Assembly (NCBI GenBank): GCA_965221165.1
Contig: CBDCRP010000003.1
Location: 32,001 to 96,000 of the forward strand
DNA: 64,000 bases
Reading direction: 5' to 3'
Origin: a bacterium
Lineage (GTDB): Bacteria > UBA8248
The stretch's first letter is position 1; every line of letters begins with the position of its first letter. Both the position numbers and the translations under genes were made by a program. Below, piece after piece: positions 10,416-20,301 of this stretch. The notes beneath the pieces are model-generated. The model was given only the letters and a program-made list of their open reading frames with translations. It was not told the origin of the DNA and made no database searches.

Positions 10416-11768
10416 ATGAAGAGAAATAGGACAAATCGTTTCGGTTTAGCGCTTCTTGGATGTGTAACAGCCATGGCGTTGTTCGTTGCGTCGGCTGCCG
10501 GAGGCGAGATCGATGATATCAAGGCGCAGATCAAGGCGCTCATGAATCGGCTCGAAGGCATTGAAGCCCGAGAGAAGAAGATGAAGGCCGACATGAAGGC
10601 CGCGGCGGAAGCCGTCAAGACAAAGGCCGTGGCTACCGGCGACTTCCCGGGTTCCTGGAAGATGCCGGGGAGCAACACGTCGGTCTCCTTTGGCGGCTAC
10701 GTCAAGCTCGACGCGATCTACGATCTCGACCAGGCTCTGGGCGATACCTTTTTCGGATACGATTACGGGGGCGACCCGAGTCCCATTAAGCTGGATGACA
10801 GTGGTCAGCGCAAGTTCTCCATGCACGCCAATCAGACGCGCCTGCGTTTCGACAGCCTGACGCCGACGAAGATGGGCAACCTCAAGACTCGCATCGAGAC
10901 CGATTTCTTATACGACAGCGGCTCGCATCTTCGCCTTCGCCACGCCTACGCCTCTTTGGGTGGGGTGCTGGTGGGCCAGAACTGGTCGATCCTGGGGGAT
11001 GAGAATACCTACGCCGACACGATTGATGTCGAAGGGCCCGTGGGCGTGGTTGCCATACGTCGGCCCCAGGTGCGCTATACCTCTGCCATGGGGAAGAATC
11101 TCACCGCCCAGATAGCACTCGATGACCCCGACAGCCCGAAGATCCTGACCGTCAACGCTGAAAAGAAGAAAGCCGATGATCCGATTTTTCTCAAGAAGCC
11201 CTCCCAGGATCGGATTCCGAACCTTCTGGCGGCTCTGCGCCTGAAAACGAGTTGGGGCGCCATTAACGTGTCGGGCTTGGTGGGGCAGGTTCTCTACGAA
11301 GATAGGAAGCTGGGGGTGGAGGAAAATCTCACGATCTCCGCCCTCCACCTCGGCGCGAACGTCGGCTTGGGCAAGGACACCCGCCTCTGGGGGAGTTTCA
11401 ACATCGGCCAGGGCGGACTGCAGGGCTACATGGTCGGGGCGACCGCCGCCGCCACTCTGGGCGCGGGCGGTGAACTGGAGGCCGTAGACTCCACGGGCGG
11501 TTTTGTCGGCCTCACGCACAACTGGAGCGGCTCCGTGAGTTCGGGCGTGTACTACGGCTGGGTCGAGACCGATTATGAGGATTCCGCCAAGACAACCTAT
11601 GCGAGTGCCCACAGCCAGTCGCAGCGTACGCTCCACGTCAATTTCTGGTGGTCGCCCGCACCCAAGATGCGAGCCGGCGTGGAGTTCATACAAGGCTGGC
11701 GCGAGACCAACGACGACAGAAAGGGCAACGCTTCGCGCCTGCAATTGGGTCTTGTGTATAGCTTCTAG
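10416..11768 (+). CDS. DcaP-family outer membrane porin
   Basis: Signal peptide, N-terminal coiled coil, FGGYVKLDAIYD, LRLRHAY, GQNWS, RRPQVRY, C-terminal YSF. Confidence 0.85.
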   Translation: MKRNRTNRFGLALLGCVTAMALFVASAAGGEIDDIKAQIKALMNRLEGIEAREKKMKADMKAAAEAVKTKAVATGDFPGSWKMPGSNTSVSFGGYVKLDAIYDLDQALGDTFFGYDYGGDPSPIKLDDSGQRKFSMHANQTRLRFDSLTPTKMGNLKTRIETDFLYDSGSHLRLRHAYASLGGVLVGQNWSILGDENTYADTIDVEGPVGVVAIRRPQVRYTSAMGKNLTAQIALDDPDSPKILTVNAEKKKADDPIFLKKPSQDRIPNLLAALRLKTSWGAINVSGLVGQVLYEDRKLGVEENLTISALHLGANVGLGKDTRLWGSFNIGQGGLQGYMVGATAAATLGAGGELEAVDSTGGFVGLTHNWSGSVSSGVYYGWVETDYEDSAKTTYASAHSQSQRTLHVNFWWSPAPKMRAGVEFIQGWRETNDDRKGNASRLQLGLVYSF

Positions 11769-11856
11769 GTTTTTCGTTCGAGGCTTGCGGCTCTCTGCTT
11801 GAATTGAGAGGCGTTGGGGGCGGGAGAGCCGCCCATTCCTTGATAACCTTCACTAA

Positions 11857-11893
11857 TAAAGCCCCGTCACCCTGCACAGGTGGAGGGGCTTTA
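11857..11893. terminator. Bidirectional intrinsic terminator between convergent genes
   Basis: TAAAGCCCC...GGGGCTTTA inverted repeat with inner pairing. Confidence 0.7.
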
Positions 11894-11962
11894 CTTTGTC
11901 GGCGCTCGGTCAAATGCGCTTTTTAGCGGGATGACGGCGAAAGGCTCCCCAAGCGTCTTGCT

Positions 11963-12634
11963 TCAACTCCCCGTTTCTTGTTTTCTCTTCCTGGCGGCCA
12001 GAAACTCCGCTTCCAATTCTAATATCCCATCGGCGATGTTTTGAGCGAATTCCCTGCGGTATTCCCGGCCCTTTCCTTGCGCCGGTTGGATGACCTCGCC
12101 CACCCGGATGACGAGCCAGGAGTCGAGGATTCCCCTCGGGCGGATAAGCGTATTCGACCCCGCGATATAGACCGGAAGAACGGGGGCGCGGCTCATGGCG
12201 GCGAGGGTGGCGACGCCTTCTTTCACTTCCACCTCGGCCGTCGAATCCACGATGCCGCCCTCGGGAAAAATCACCACCGCGCCGTTGAGGCTCAGGAGCC
12301 TGAGCGCCGTCCGGAAGGTGCTGGCGCGCACGGTCCCATCCCTGTCCACGGGAAAGGCGCCGAAATTGGTGATCAGCCTCGCGAAAACTGGATTGCGGAA
12401 CAACTCCCGCTTGGCCATGTGATACACCCGCCTCGGCAGGAAGGAGGCGAGAATAACGGGGTCGAGATAGCTGCGATGGTTCGAGGCGACGATCAGCGGG
12501 CCATCGGGCGGCACGTTGTTCATGCCGTGGACCTCGACTCCGCCGAAGGCGAGCCGAAAGCCCGCCTGGAAAATCTTTTTGAGCCAGGTCGGCTGGCCGC
12601 TCGAAGGCAGCGTGGATAGACGTTGCGTGTTCAT
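11963..12634 (-). CDS. plsC: 1-acyl-sn-glycerol-3-phosphate acyltransferase (PlsC family)
   Basis: NHRSYLD (HX4D), AKRELF, FPEG. Confidence 0.85.
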   Translation of the reverse strand: MNTQRLSTLPSSGQPTWLKKIFQAGFRLAFGGVEVHGMNNVPPDGPLIVASNHRSYLDPVILASFLPRRVYHMAKRELFRNPVFARLITNFGAFPVDRDGTVRASTFRTALRLLSLNGAVVIFPEGGIVDSTAEVEVKEGVATLAAMSRAPVLPVYIAGSNTLIRPRGILDSWLVIRVGEVIQPAQGKGREYRREFAQNIADGILELEAEFLAARKRKQETGS

Positions 12635-12773
12635 TTTTGTGGTTCCGGCATTCTGTTTCCCGGCGCTCTCTTCTCCAAAAAACGATCCTCGCGAGCATGA
12701 ATATCCAGGCTTCCAGCTAGTTCATCATATGAAAATCTTCGCACTCTCCGCAAAGCATTCGGGAAGCGCGTCA

Positions 12774-14537
12774 TCAGTCGGGGCCGTGTTGATGGTGCTG
12801 CCGGCCGCGCCATACCTTGCCGAAGGCGTGGATCACGTCCTCGGCGGTGATGATTCCCAAAATCTCGGTCGGGTCCTCGCGGCTCACCACGGGCAGGCGC
12901 GAGATGCGCCTGTCACCGAGCTTGGCCATCACCGAATCGAGCGATTGATCCGGATGCGCGTGCATGATGTATTTCTTTTTCGCAATCTCGCCCAGGGGTT
13001 TTTGCAGGATGCCCGCGGCCTGCGCCTGGCTGAAGTCGTAATTACTCGCCATGCCGGAGAGTTTTCCGCTCGCGTCCAGGACGGGATATCCGGTGATCGC
13101 GCTCCCCCTCGTTCTCTGAATCGCCTCTTGTATCGTGATGTCCTCAGGCAGGGTGACGACGTCTCTGATCATGGCGTCGGACACGTGAATCTCGTGCAGG
13201 AGATGTTCGGTCTCATGGTCGGGCAGCGCGACGCCGTCTTGTGAGGAAAGCGCGCTGTATATCGGTTCGGGATGCCAGTATCGCGCGAGAGCGAGCGATA
13301 TGGCGTTGGCCACCATGAGCGCGAGAATGATGTTGTAGTCCTGCGTGAGTTCGAAGATGATGAGCACCGACGTCATGGGCGCGCGAATGACGGCAGCGAA
13401 GGCCGCGCCCATGCCCACGAGCGCGTAACCGCCCGGATGGGCCACGAAGCCGGGGAAGGCGAACTCGGCGAGAGAGGCCACGGCGCCTCCCGCCATCGCG
13501 CCCATGAACAGCGTCGGCGCGAAGATGCCGCCCAAAGAGCCGGTTCCATAAGAAACCGCGGTGGCGATGAGCTTCAAGACGAGCAGGGAGAAAAGAAAGG
13601 GCAGCGTATAGCTGTGCGTGAGCGCCTTGCTCACGGCGGGATAGCCCACGGCGAACACCTCGGGAACCCAGATGCCGACGACGCCCACGAACAGGCCGCC
13701 GAGACCGGTGGCGATCATGCCACGGAAGCCTCGCAGACGCTTCCATCCTGCTCGTATGAAGAGCAATCCCTTGATGAACGCCACGGCGACGATCGCGCAG
13801 ACGACGCCCACGAAGGCGTAGAGGAGCAACTCCAGGGAACTGTCCAGTGAATAAGCCGGCACGGAGAACACGGGTTCGTTGCCGAGTATGGCGCGCGAGA
13901 CGACCGAGGCGGAAACCGCGGCGAACACGATGGAGCCGAGTACGCGCGCGTTCAGGTCGCCCACGAGTTCTTCGAGCGTGAAAGTGACGGCGGCGATCGG
14001 CGTGTTGAACGCGGCGGCCAGGGCGGCGGCGCAGCCCACGGGGACGAGCGCCTGCACGCGCCGTCTTTTCAGCGAAAACGTCTCGCCTATCCAGCTCGCC
14101 GCGCCCGAGCAAATCTGCACGGTGGGGCCTTCGCGTCCCAGGCTCGAACCCGAGCCGATGTTGAGGACCCCGATGAGGAACTTGCCTATCCACACGCGCT
14201 TGTCGATGTGGCCGTTGTGGGCGACGTACGCGATTTTCGTCTGGGGGATGCCGCTGCCACGGGCTTCGGGGGCGAAGTATTGGAGAAAGAGCGCGGAGAG
14301 AAAAGCGCCCCCGGCAGGTATGACCGCCACCCAGTACCAGGCGCGGTGAATCTCGGAAAGATCGTGGGAGCCGAAGAGAACGTGATGCGCCCAGCCCAGC
14401 GCGAGATGAAAGAAGACGGCGACGAAGCCGGTGAGCGCTCCCACGATGATGGTCGTGAAGTAGAAGATGCCGTCGTCTGAGATATCGAAGTGGAGCAGCC
14501 AGCCGAGAAGTCGGATGCGAAAATTTTTCCAGCTCAC
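12774..14537 (-). CDS. ClC chloride/proton antiporter with C-terminal CBS pair
   Basis: GSGIP, GREGP, FTLEE, GGIFAP; CBS domains at the C-terminus. Confidence 0.92.
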   Translation of the reverse strand: MSWKNFRIRLLGWLLHFDISDDGIFYFTTIIVGALTGFVAVFFHLALGWAHHVLFGSHDLSEIHRAWYWVAVIPAGGAFLSALFLQYFAPEARGSGIPQTKIAYVAHNGHIDKRVWIGKFLIGVLNIGSGSSLGREGPTVQICSGAASWIGETFSLKRRRVQALVPVGCAAALAAAFNTPIAAVTFTLEELVGDLNARVLGSIVFAAVSASVVSRAILGNEPVFSVPAYSLDSSLELLLYAFVGVVCAIVAVAFIKGLLFIRAGWKRLRGFRGMIATGLGGLFVGVVGIWVPEVFAVGYPAVSKALTHSYTLPFLFSLLVLKLIATAVSYGTGSLGGIFAPTLFMGAMAGGAVASLAEFAFPGFVAHPGGYALVGMGAAFAAVIRAPMTSVLIIFELTQDYNIILALMVANAISLALARYWHPEPIYSALSSQDGVALPDHETEHLLHEIHVSDAMIRDVVTLPEDITIQEAIQRTRGSAITGYPVLDASGKLSGMASNYDFSQAQAAGILQKPLGEIAKKKYIMHAHPDQSLDSVMAKLGDRRISRLPVVSREDPTEILGIITAEDVIHAFGKVWRGRQHHQHGPD

Positions 14538-14576
14538 GGCGTCTTACCCATGGAGAAACATTCCTCGTGCGGCGGT

Positions 14577-15179
14577 TCAGTGTGAGGGAACCCCTGTCGG
14601 ATGAGGACCGACGGGCGGATGAGGGGCGGGGTCGATTCCCTCCCGGCGGAGTCGATTTTCATACCATTCCTTCTCGATGCCGTTGGCCTCGTCCATCCGG
14701 GCCAGGTCGCAAAAGATTTCGATCCGGTGACCGTCGGGGTCGCAAAAGTACATGGCCCTGTTCTCTCCCCACGTGCCGTCGCCTTCGGGATGGGTGGGGC
14801 TGTGCACCAGGGGGCCGCGCACGATTTTAATTCCGCATTCCTCGAGCCACTCTTTCCAGGCCAGGAACTCGACCCGGTCTTTTACCCGAAATGCGAAATG
14901 ATGCAACCCCAGGTCCTTGATCGGGCCCTGATCGTCGGTTTTCAGTTGCGCCAGCGCGGGCTGCTCGCCGGTGTGGTATACTAGGTTCAAATCGTGATGA
15001 AACGCGGTACACCGCAGAAAACAAAGGCCCACGGCGAGGGTGGGGTGTTCTCCCGGGTCGTGGCGCTCCGAGAGGGTGAAGCCGAGAATCTCGGTATAGA
15101 ACCTGAGAGATTCCTCGATGTTCGACACCTTGACGGCGACGTGCTGGAGTTCTTGAAATGAGGTTTCCGGTCGGGGCAT
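14577..15179 (-). CDS. VOC/glyoxalase family protein (paralog of 1592..2095)
   Basis: LQHVAV, HHD, LHHFAF, YFCDPDGHRIEI; SD AAGGAG before ATG 15179. Confidence 0.85.
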   Translation of the reverse strand: MPRPETSFQELQHVAVKVSNIEESLRFYTEILGFTLSERHDPGEHPTLAVGLCFLRCTAFHHDLNLVYHTGEQPALAQLKTDDQGPIKDLGLHHFAFRVKDRVEFLAWKEWLEECGIKIVRGPLVHSPTHPEGDGTWGENRAMYFCDPDGHRIEIFCDLARMDEANGIEKEWYENRLRREGIDPAPHPPVGPHPTGVPSH

Positions 15180-15269
15180 GGTGCAACTCTCCTTGTTTTT
15201 GGCCATCCCGGGCGCGCTGCGTCGCGCGAAGCTGAATATAGCGCAACTTTTCTGTAGGAGAAACGCGGG

Positions 15270-16028
15270 TTGAGCCGTTTTGAGGGAAAAAAGGCGCTCG
15301 TAACGGGCGCATCGCGCGGAATCGGCGAATGCGTGGCGCATCGCTTCGCCGCCGAAGGGGCGAGCCTGTACCTGGCTGCCGATGGAACGCAGGATGAACT
15401 CGAAAACGTCGCACGCGAATGCGAAGCTGCCGGAGGCAGGGCTGCTATCGGGGTCTACGATCTAGCGGTTGAAGGAGCCGCCGAGCGCATGGTGGAAGCC
15501 GCCGCGGACGCTATGGGCGGCGTTGACGTTCTCGTGAACAACGCAGGAATTCGTGCAAGCCAACCATTCGGGACATTTTCGTATGCGGATTTTGGCCGCG
15601 TGGTCGCCGTGAATCTGCGCGCTCCTTTTTTCGCGAGCCAGGCGGTGCTGCCCCTCATGCGTGAGGCGGGCGGCGGCAGAATCATCCACGTCGCGAGCCA
15701 ATTGGGTTCCGTGGCGGCGCGCGAGACCGCGCTCTACAGCGCGACCAAGGCGGCGCTGATTCAGCTCACACGCTCCATGGCCCTCGAACTCGCCGGTGAG
15801 AACATTCTGGTGAACGCCGTCAGCCCGGGGCCTACGGCGACGGAATATCTCAAGAAACACGCCTACAAGACGCCTGAGGAACGCGCCCAGCGTCTGGGGA
15901 CGGTGCCGATGGGGCGTTTCGGCGAGCCGATGGAGATAGCGGGCGCAGTATTGTTCCTGGCCTCCCAGGACGCCTCTTTCGTGCATGGGCACAACCTCGT
16001 GGTGGACGGCGGTTATATCATTCACTGA
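15270..16028 (+). CDS. Short-chain dehydrogenase/reductase
   Basis: TGASRGIG, NNAG, YSATK; TTG start with SD AGGAG. Confidence 0.9.
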   Translation: MSRFEGKKALVTGASRGIGECVAHRFAAEGASLYLAADGTQDELENVARECEAAGGRAAIGVYDLAVEGAAERMVEAAADAMGGVDVLVNNAGIRASQPFGTFSYADFGRVVAVNLRAPFFASQAVLPLMREAGGGRIIHVASQLGSVAARETALYSATKAALIQLTRSMALELAGENILVNAVSPGPTATEYLKKHAYKTPEERAQRLGTVPMGRFGEPMEIAGAVLFLASQDASFVHGHNLVVDGGYIIH

Positions 16029-16116
16029 TGATGCATAGACAGTAAAATTTTCGTATCTGATACCGGCGGGCGAGGGACATCCATCCGCCGCCGCATTCAA
16101 AAGGAGCTTGAGAGCC

Positions 16117-17001
16117 GTGAGCATGAAAGTGGGAGTCGTGGGTTTGGGCGTCATGGGCGGTGCGTTTTCGGGCCATATGCTGGACGCCGGCATGGAAGTG
16201 GCGGGTTATGACCCGCTCGATGCGATGTACGAGAAATTCGAGGGCAAGAACCTGCGCAGGGCATCCTCGCCTGCAGACGCCGCCAACGGGGCCGATCTGG
16301 TGATGACCTCGCTTCCGAACTACAAGATCGTGGAAGAGGCGGTGACGGGCGAGGGAGGCATTCTGGAAGGGATTTCATCCGGCGGCATCATCGCCGATAT
16401 GAGCACGGTTCCGCCGAAATTTTCCAAGGAAATGGCGGAAAAAGCGGGCGAGAAGGGTGTGAGTTGGCTGGATTGCCCGGTGAGCGGCGTGGGAAAGCAG
16501 GCCGCCGTGAAGGATCTGGTGGTGATGTCGGCAGGCCCCAGGGACGCTTTCGATAAGGCGAAGCCCGCCTTCGACGCCATCGGCAAGAAGACGATTTTCG
16601 TGAGCGAGCAAAACGGGTTGGCCGCCCAGTTGAAGCTCGTGGTGAATCTCGTGCTCTTCATCAACATGGCGGGGGCGTGCGAGGGCCTCACGCTCGGCCT
16701 CAAGGCGGGAATCCCCAAAGACGTCATGCTTGAGACCCTGTGCTCGGGCGCGGCCGGATCAAATGTGCTCGACGTGCGCGGTAAGGACATGCTGGCCGGC
16801 AATTTCCCCGAATCAGGCCCGATATGGATAGTCTTGAAGGACCTGGAATGCGCCATCGACTCCGCCAAGGACCTGGACGTACCCGTGCCGCTCGGCGGCC
16901 TGCTGGAACATTTCTATATGGCACAGCGGAGCAAGGGCAGGCAGCATGAGGACGGGAGCTCGATTTTCCGCATTTACCAGGAACTGGCCAACATCACCTG
17001 A
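16117..17001 (+). CDS. NAD(P)-dependent 3-hydroxyisobutyrate dehydrogenase family protein
   Basis: GLGVMGG, DMSTV, DCPVSG, KLVVN, KDL; start between 16108 and 16123. Confidence 0.88.
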   Translation: MSMKVGVVGLGVMGGAFSGHMLDAGMEVAGYDPLDAMYEKFEGKNLRRASSPADAANGADLVMTSLPNYKIVEEAVTGEGGILEGISSGGIIADMSTVPPKFSKEMAEKAGEKGVSWLDCPVSGVGKQAAVKDLVVMSAGPRDAFDKAKPAFDAIGKKTIFVSEQNGLAAQLKLVVNLVLFINMAGACEGLTLGLKAGIPKDVMLETLCSGAAGSNVLDVRGKDMLAGNFPESGPIWIVLKDLECAIDSAKDLDVPVPLGGLLEHFYMAQRSKGRQHEDGSSIFRIYQELANIT

Positions 17002-17028
17002 GCGTGAGATAAGGAAGCGGTTTTCAGG

Positions 17029-17060
17029 GCCGGGTTGTCGGGACGAACCGGCTTTTTGTT
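17029..17060 (+). terminator. Intrinsic terminator
   Basis: GCCGG...CCGGC stem followed by TTTTTGTT. Confidence 0.7.
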
Positions 17061-17206
17061 GCCGTTAGTGTTCATTCACGCTTTGGTCAAGCAGGTGCGT
17101 GGATGCAAAAATAAGGCGATATACCACTTTAACTACTATCGGCAACTATCTGAAATAACATATATTCAAAAAATAATATTGAAACCTATCCCGCAACCGA
17201 ACTTTT

Positions 17207-17452
17207 CTAGCCGGTGACGGATGAGCGGATAATCTGACGCAACTCCTCGTCGTTCAGCCCGGCGATTTGCTCAAAGGTGATGAGGGCCATGGTGTCCGGA
17301 TCCCCCCGCTCTCCCCACCAGAGCCGGAAACTCTTCTCCTGGTAGCTGTAGCGGATATCCGCATCGACACCCTCGATCTCCCCGGCCAGAATGCCGCTGA
17401 TGCGCTCGGTCATGATGCGACTGTGTTTTCTTTGCGCCTCGATGTCTTCCAC
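17207..17452 (-). CDS. Small hypothetical protein (81 aa)
   Basis: GTG start with GAGGAG SD; natural-looking composition; no family recognised. Confidence 0.6.
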   Translation of the reverse strand: MEDIEAQRKHSRIMTERISGILAGEIEGVDADIRYSYQEKSFRLWWGERGDPDTMALITFEQIAGLNDEELRQIIRSSVTG

Positions 17453-17539
17453 GAAAGCGTCTCCTCATCCTTTGTTCTGTAATTTTAAAGAAGGCGATAA
17501 GCCGGATGGCTTCTTTACATCCCTCGAATCGCCGCTTCT

Positions 17540-18301
17540 TCACAAGTAATACGTTTTTCCCTCTTCGAGCAACTGGATTCTCGGCTCGTTCAATGCCTTG
17601 ATTTCCGCCTTGGTCTCATTGTGATACTGGGTCTTGATGTGAAAGATGTAGACGGGAATATCGGGCGGCATTTTTTGCATCTCCGCTTGGAGCATGGCCG
17701 GCGTCATGTGTTTGGACATGCGCGCGAGTTCCTCCATTTTGTTCGGAAACGACACCTCCGTAATGATGGCGCGCAGGTTCTCCGTCCCGGAAGCGCCCCG
17801 CCAGATGGCCTCAGTTGGGCCCGTGTCGCTGGTGTAGAGCAGCGCGCATTCTGTGTCCTGGATGATGTAGCCGAAGGTGGTGCCTTTGTGGTCGACTTTG
17901 TAGGGGGTCATCCGAACCCCGTTGCAGGAGCGGGTTTCCATCTCCTCGATGGCGGAGAAATCGAGTATCGGTGTGCCTTCGTGGCATATCGCGCAAAAAT
18001 CCGGCCAGACGGCGTTGTTGAAGATGGACTTTTGAATCTGCTCGAGCACGTCTCGCGCGCCGATGATTTTCAGCGAATCATCCCGCAGGCCGAAGATGTT
18101 GTCGGCAAGGTAGGGCAGTTCCGCAATATGATCCAGATGCGCGTGGGACACCAAGACGCCGGTGAGCTTGGCCTGCTCCTCGATGGTGAGGCCGGAAGCG
18201 GCCGATCCGCCCTCCAGCAGCAACTCTTCGTTAATGAGAAAAGACGTCAACTGACACCCGGGCGCTTTGCCGCCCGCGCAGCCCAACACACGGAATTGGA
18301 T
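17540..18301 (-). CDS. MBL-fold 3',5'-cyclic nucleotide phosphodiesterase (class II-like); probable ATC start at 18301
   Basis: SHAHLDH, YTSDTGPT, EVSFPN, HMTP; N-terminus (I)QFRVLGCAGG; GGAGG 7 nt upstream of ATC. Confidence 0.85.
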   Translation of the reverse strand: MQFRVLGCAGGKAPGCQLTSFLINEELLLEGGSAASGLTIEEQAKLTGVLVSHAHLDHIAELPYLADNIFGLRDDSLKIIGARDVLEQIQKSIFNNAVWPDFCAICHEGTPILDFSAIEEMETRSCNGVRMTPYKVDHKGTTFGYIIQDTECALLYTSDTGPTEAIWRGASGTENLRAIITEVSFPNKMEELARMSKHMTPAMLQAEMQKMPPDIPVYIFHIKTQYHNETKAEIKALNEPRIQLLEEGKTYYL

Positions 18302-18398
18302 GGCCTATCCTCCGCCTGAAGCCCCGTGAATGCAAAGAATCTTTCGCTTGCCGCCTGATTATAGGCACAGCCGAATCGTCTTGGGAAGATGTCTTTTT

Positions 18399-19124
18399 CT
18401 ATACCTTTTCCCATCTCCCGCTCTTCGAGCGCCTGCGTTTTCCGAAATCAGCCATCTGCGCGACGCTGCTCGCGGAAAATATGGGGCCGTCCGTACATAC
18501 GCGCCAGCCCGAGCAGGTGCATTGGCCGCACAGGCCCACGGCGCACTTCATGTACCGCTCGATGGCGAAGTAAGTCCGCTCGGCGGGGAGTTTCGGCAGG
18601 CACGCGGCCATCATTCGCTCAGGACCGCAGACGGCGTAGCTTTCCGCCTCGACGGGCAGGAGTTCGGTCACCAGGCCTTTGTGTCCGAGGGAGCCGTCCT
18701 CGGTGGCGACGTGGACGGGGCCGAGTTCGCGGAATTCTTCATAATACAGAATCTCATCCGCCGTGCGTCCGCCCAGAACAAAGCAAGGCGCTTCGGAGGC
18801 GAGTGCGAGCAGTCTCAGCTCCGCAATGCCCACGCCGCCGCCGATGAGAGCGGGGCGCTTGAGGGCAGGGTAGCCTTGGCCCAACGGGCCGCGCAGCCCT
18901 ATTTCGTCTCCCGGCTCCACGGCAGCCAGTTTTTCGGTGAACGCGCCCGCTTTTTTGACGGTGACGGCGTTCGGATAGGAGAGCGTGAAGGGTTTTTCGC
19001 CCAAACGCGGCAACCAGACCATCATGAACTGTCCGGGAGTGGACTCAATCTCCTTATCGAAGAAGATCGTCTGCGTCCACTCGCTTTCCCGGCGGTTTTC
19101 CACGACCTTATAGACGCTACGCAT
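18399..19124 (-). CDS. pyrK: Dihydroorotate dehydrogenase electron transfer subunit
   Basis: PGQFMMVW, RGPLGQG, GGGVGIA, CGPE, MKCAVGLCGQC...CTDGP; start overlaps the pyrD stop. Confidence 0.9.
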   Translation of the reverse strand: MRSVYKVVENRRESEWTQTIFFDKEIESTPGQFMMVWLPRLGEKPFTLSYPNAVTVKKAGAFTEKLAAVEPGDEIGLRGPLGQGYPALKRPALIGGGVGIAELRLLALASEAPCFVLGGRTADEILYYEEFRELGPVHVATEDGSLGHKGLVTELLPVEAESYAVCGPERMMAACLPKLPAERTYFAIERYMKCAVGLCGQCTCSGWRVCTDGPIFSASSVAQMADFGKRRRSKSGRWEKV

Positions 19125-20052
19125 GGGAGCCGCCTCCGTTCGCCGGGCGGTGCGCGCCGCCGATGAGCGCGGACATCGGCTCATCGCCCAGATATTCCTG
19201 AATCCCCTCCCAGATATCACGGGTGAGCGCTGCGGCCTCATGCGTGTTCTTTCGCAAGAAGGCGGTGCCGATTCCCAGGACGCAGGCTCCCGCCAAAATG
19301 TATTCCACGGCGTCCTCCCAGGTTTCGATTCCCCCGTATGCGACGATGGGGCAGCGAAAGCGCGCGTAGGACTCATACGTCATGCGCAGGTTGATGGGCT
19401 TGAGCGCAGGGCCGCTGATGCCGCCCGTCGTGCCCGCAAGAATCGCCGCCCGGCTCTGGATGTCCACCGCCAGGCCAGGTCCCAGGGTGTTTCCGCAGCC
19501 AAGGGCGTCCGCACCCGCGCTCAGGCATGAATCCGCCACGGCGAGGTAGTCGCTGTTGGGTGAGAGCTTGGCGATGACGGGCTTGTCCGTCTCGCCTCGC
19601 ACGCGCTCGATGACCTCGGCGGAGAGAGCGGGGTTTTGGCCGATGCTCTCCATGATGGTCTGCTCGCCCGGCTCCTTGTTGGGGCAGCCCAGGTTCACCT
19701 CGATGGCGTCGCTGAACCTCGACATCCGGCGCGTGACCTGTGCGAATTCTTTGGAATCTCCGCCATAGACCGAGACGATGAGTTTAGCGTTCTTGAGCTT
19801 TATCTCTTCCAGGTCGCGCTCCCAGTCCTCGGCGCTTTGCGTCGGCAGGGCGAGGGAGTTGAGCACCGCGCCTTCCGGGGGGTATACGACCACGGGATTG
19901 TCGTTGCCCGGCTTCTCCCGGGGGCCGACCGATTTCGTGACGTAGCCGCCCAGGCACGCGCCCGCGCTCTCGAAGGCGACAAAAACTTCCGGATAGCTCA
20001 AAATGCCGCTGGCGTTGATCAGCGGCGGGTGGATATCGGGGAGCGGTATCAC
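19117..20052 (-). CDS. pyrD: Dihydroorotate dehydrogenase family 1B catalytic subunit
   Basis: NASG, TKS, EVNLGCPN, KLSPN, NT, GGISG; adjacent to pyrK. Confidence 0.88.
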   Translation of the reverse strand: MIPLPDIHPPLINASGILSYPEVFVAFESAGACLGGYVTKSVGPREKPGNDNPVVVYPPEGAVLNSLALPTQSAEDWERDLEEIKLKNAKLIVSVYGGDSKEFAQVTRRMSRFSDAIEVNLGCPNKEPGEQTIMESIGQNPALSAEVIERVRGETDKPVIAKLSPNSDYLAVADSCLSAGADALGCGNTLGPGLAVDIQSRAAILAGTTGGISGPALKPINLRMTYESYARFRCPIVAYGGIETWEDAVEYILAGACVLGIGTAFLRKNTHEAAALTRDIWEGIQEYLGDEPMSALIGGAHRPANGGGSHA

Positions 20053-20301
20053 GGTCTGCTGCCCCTCCTGAGGTGGAGTATGCGGGCGGGTTCAATTGGA
20101 TGGAGTATAGTGGGAATGGGTGCCTCAAGCCAACTTGGCGAGTAGAAAATCTGAGCCCGGGCGCCGGTGGCGCACCGGATTATTGCAAAATGCCCGAAAT
20201 GGTGGTCTAAATGGCTTTGTTCGCCCGTTTCCGTGGACGGAGATGGGAAAGGCTGTTTTCACAATCGCAAGGCGCGGCCTTGCGCTGAGAGGGAAACTCC
20301 A

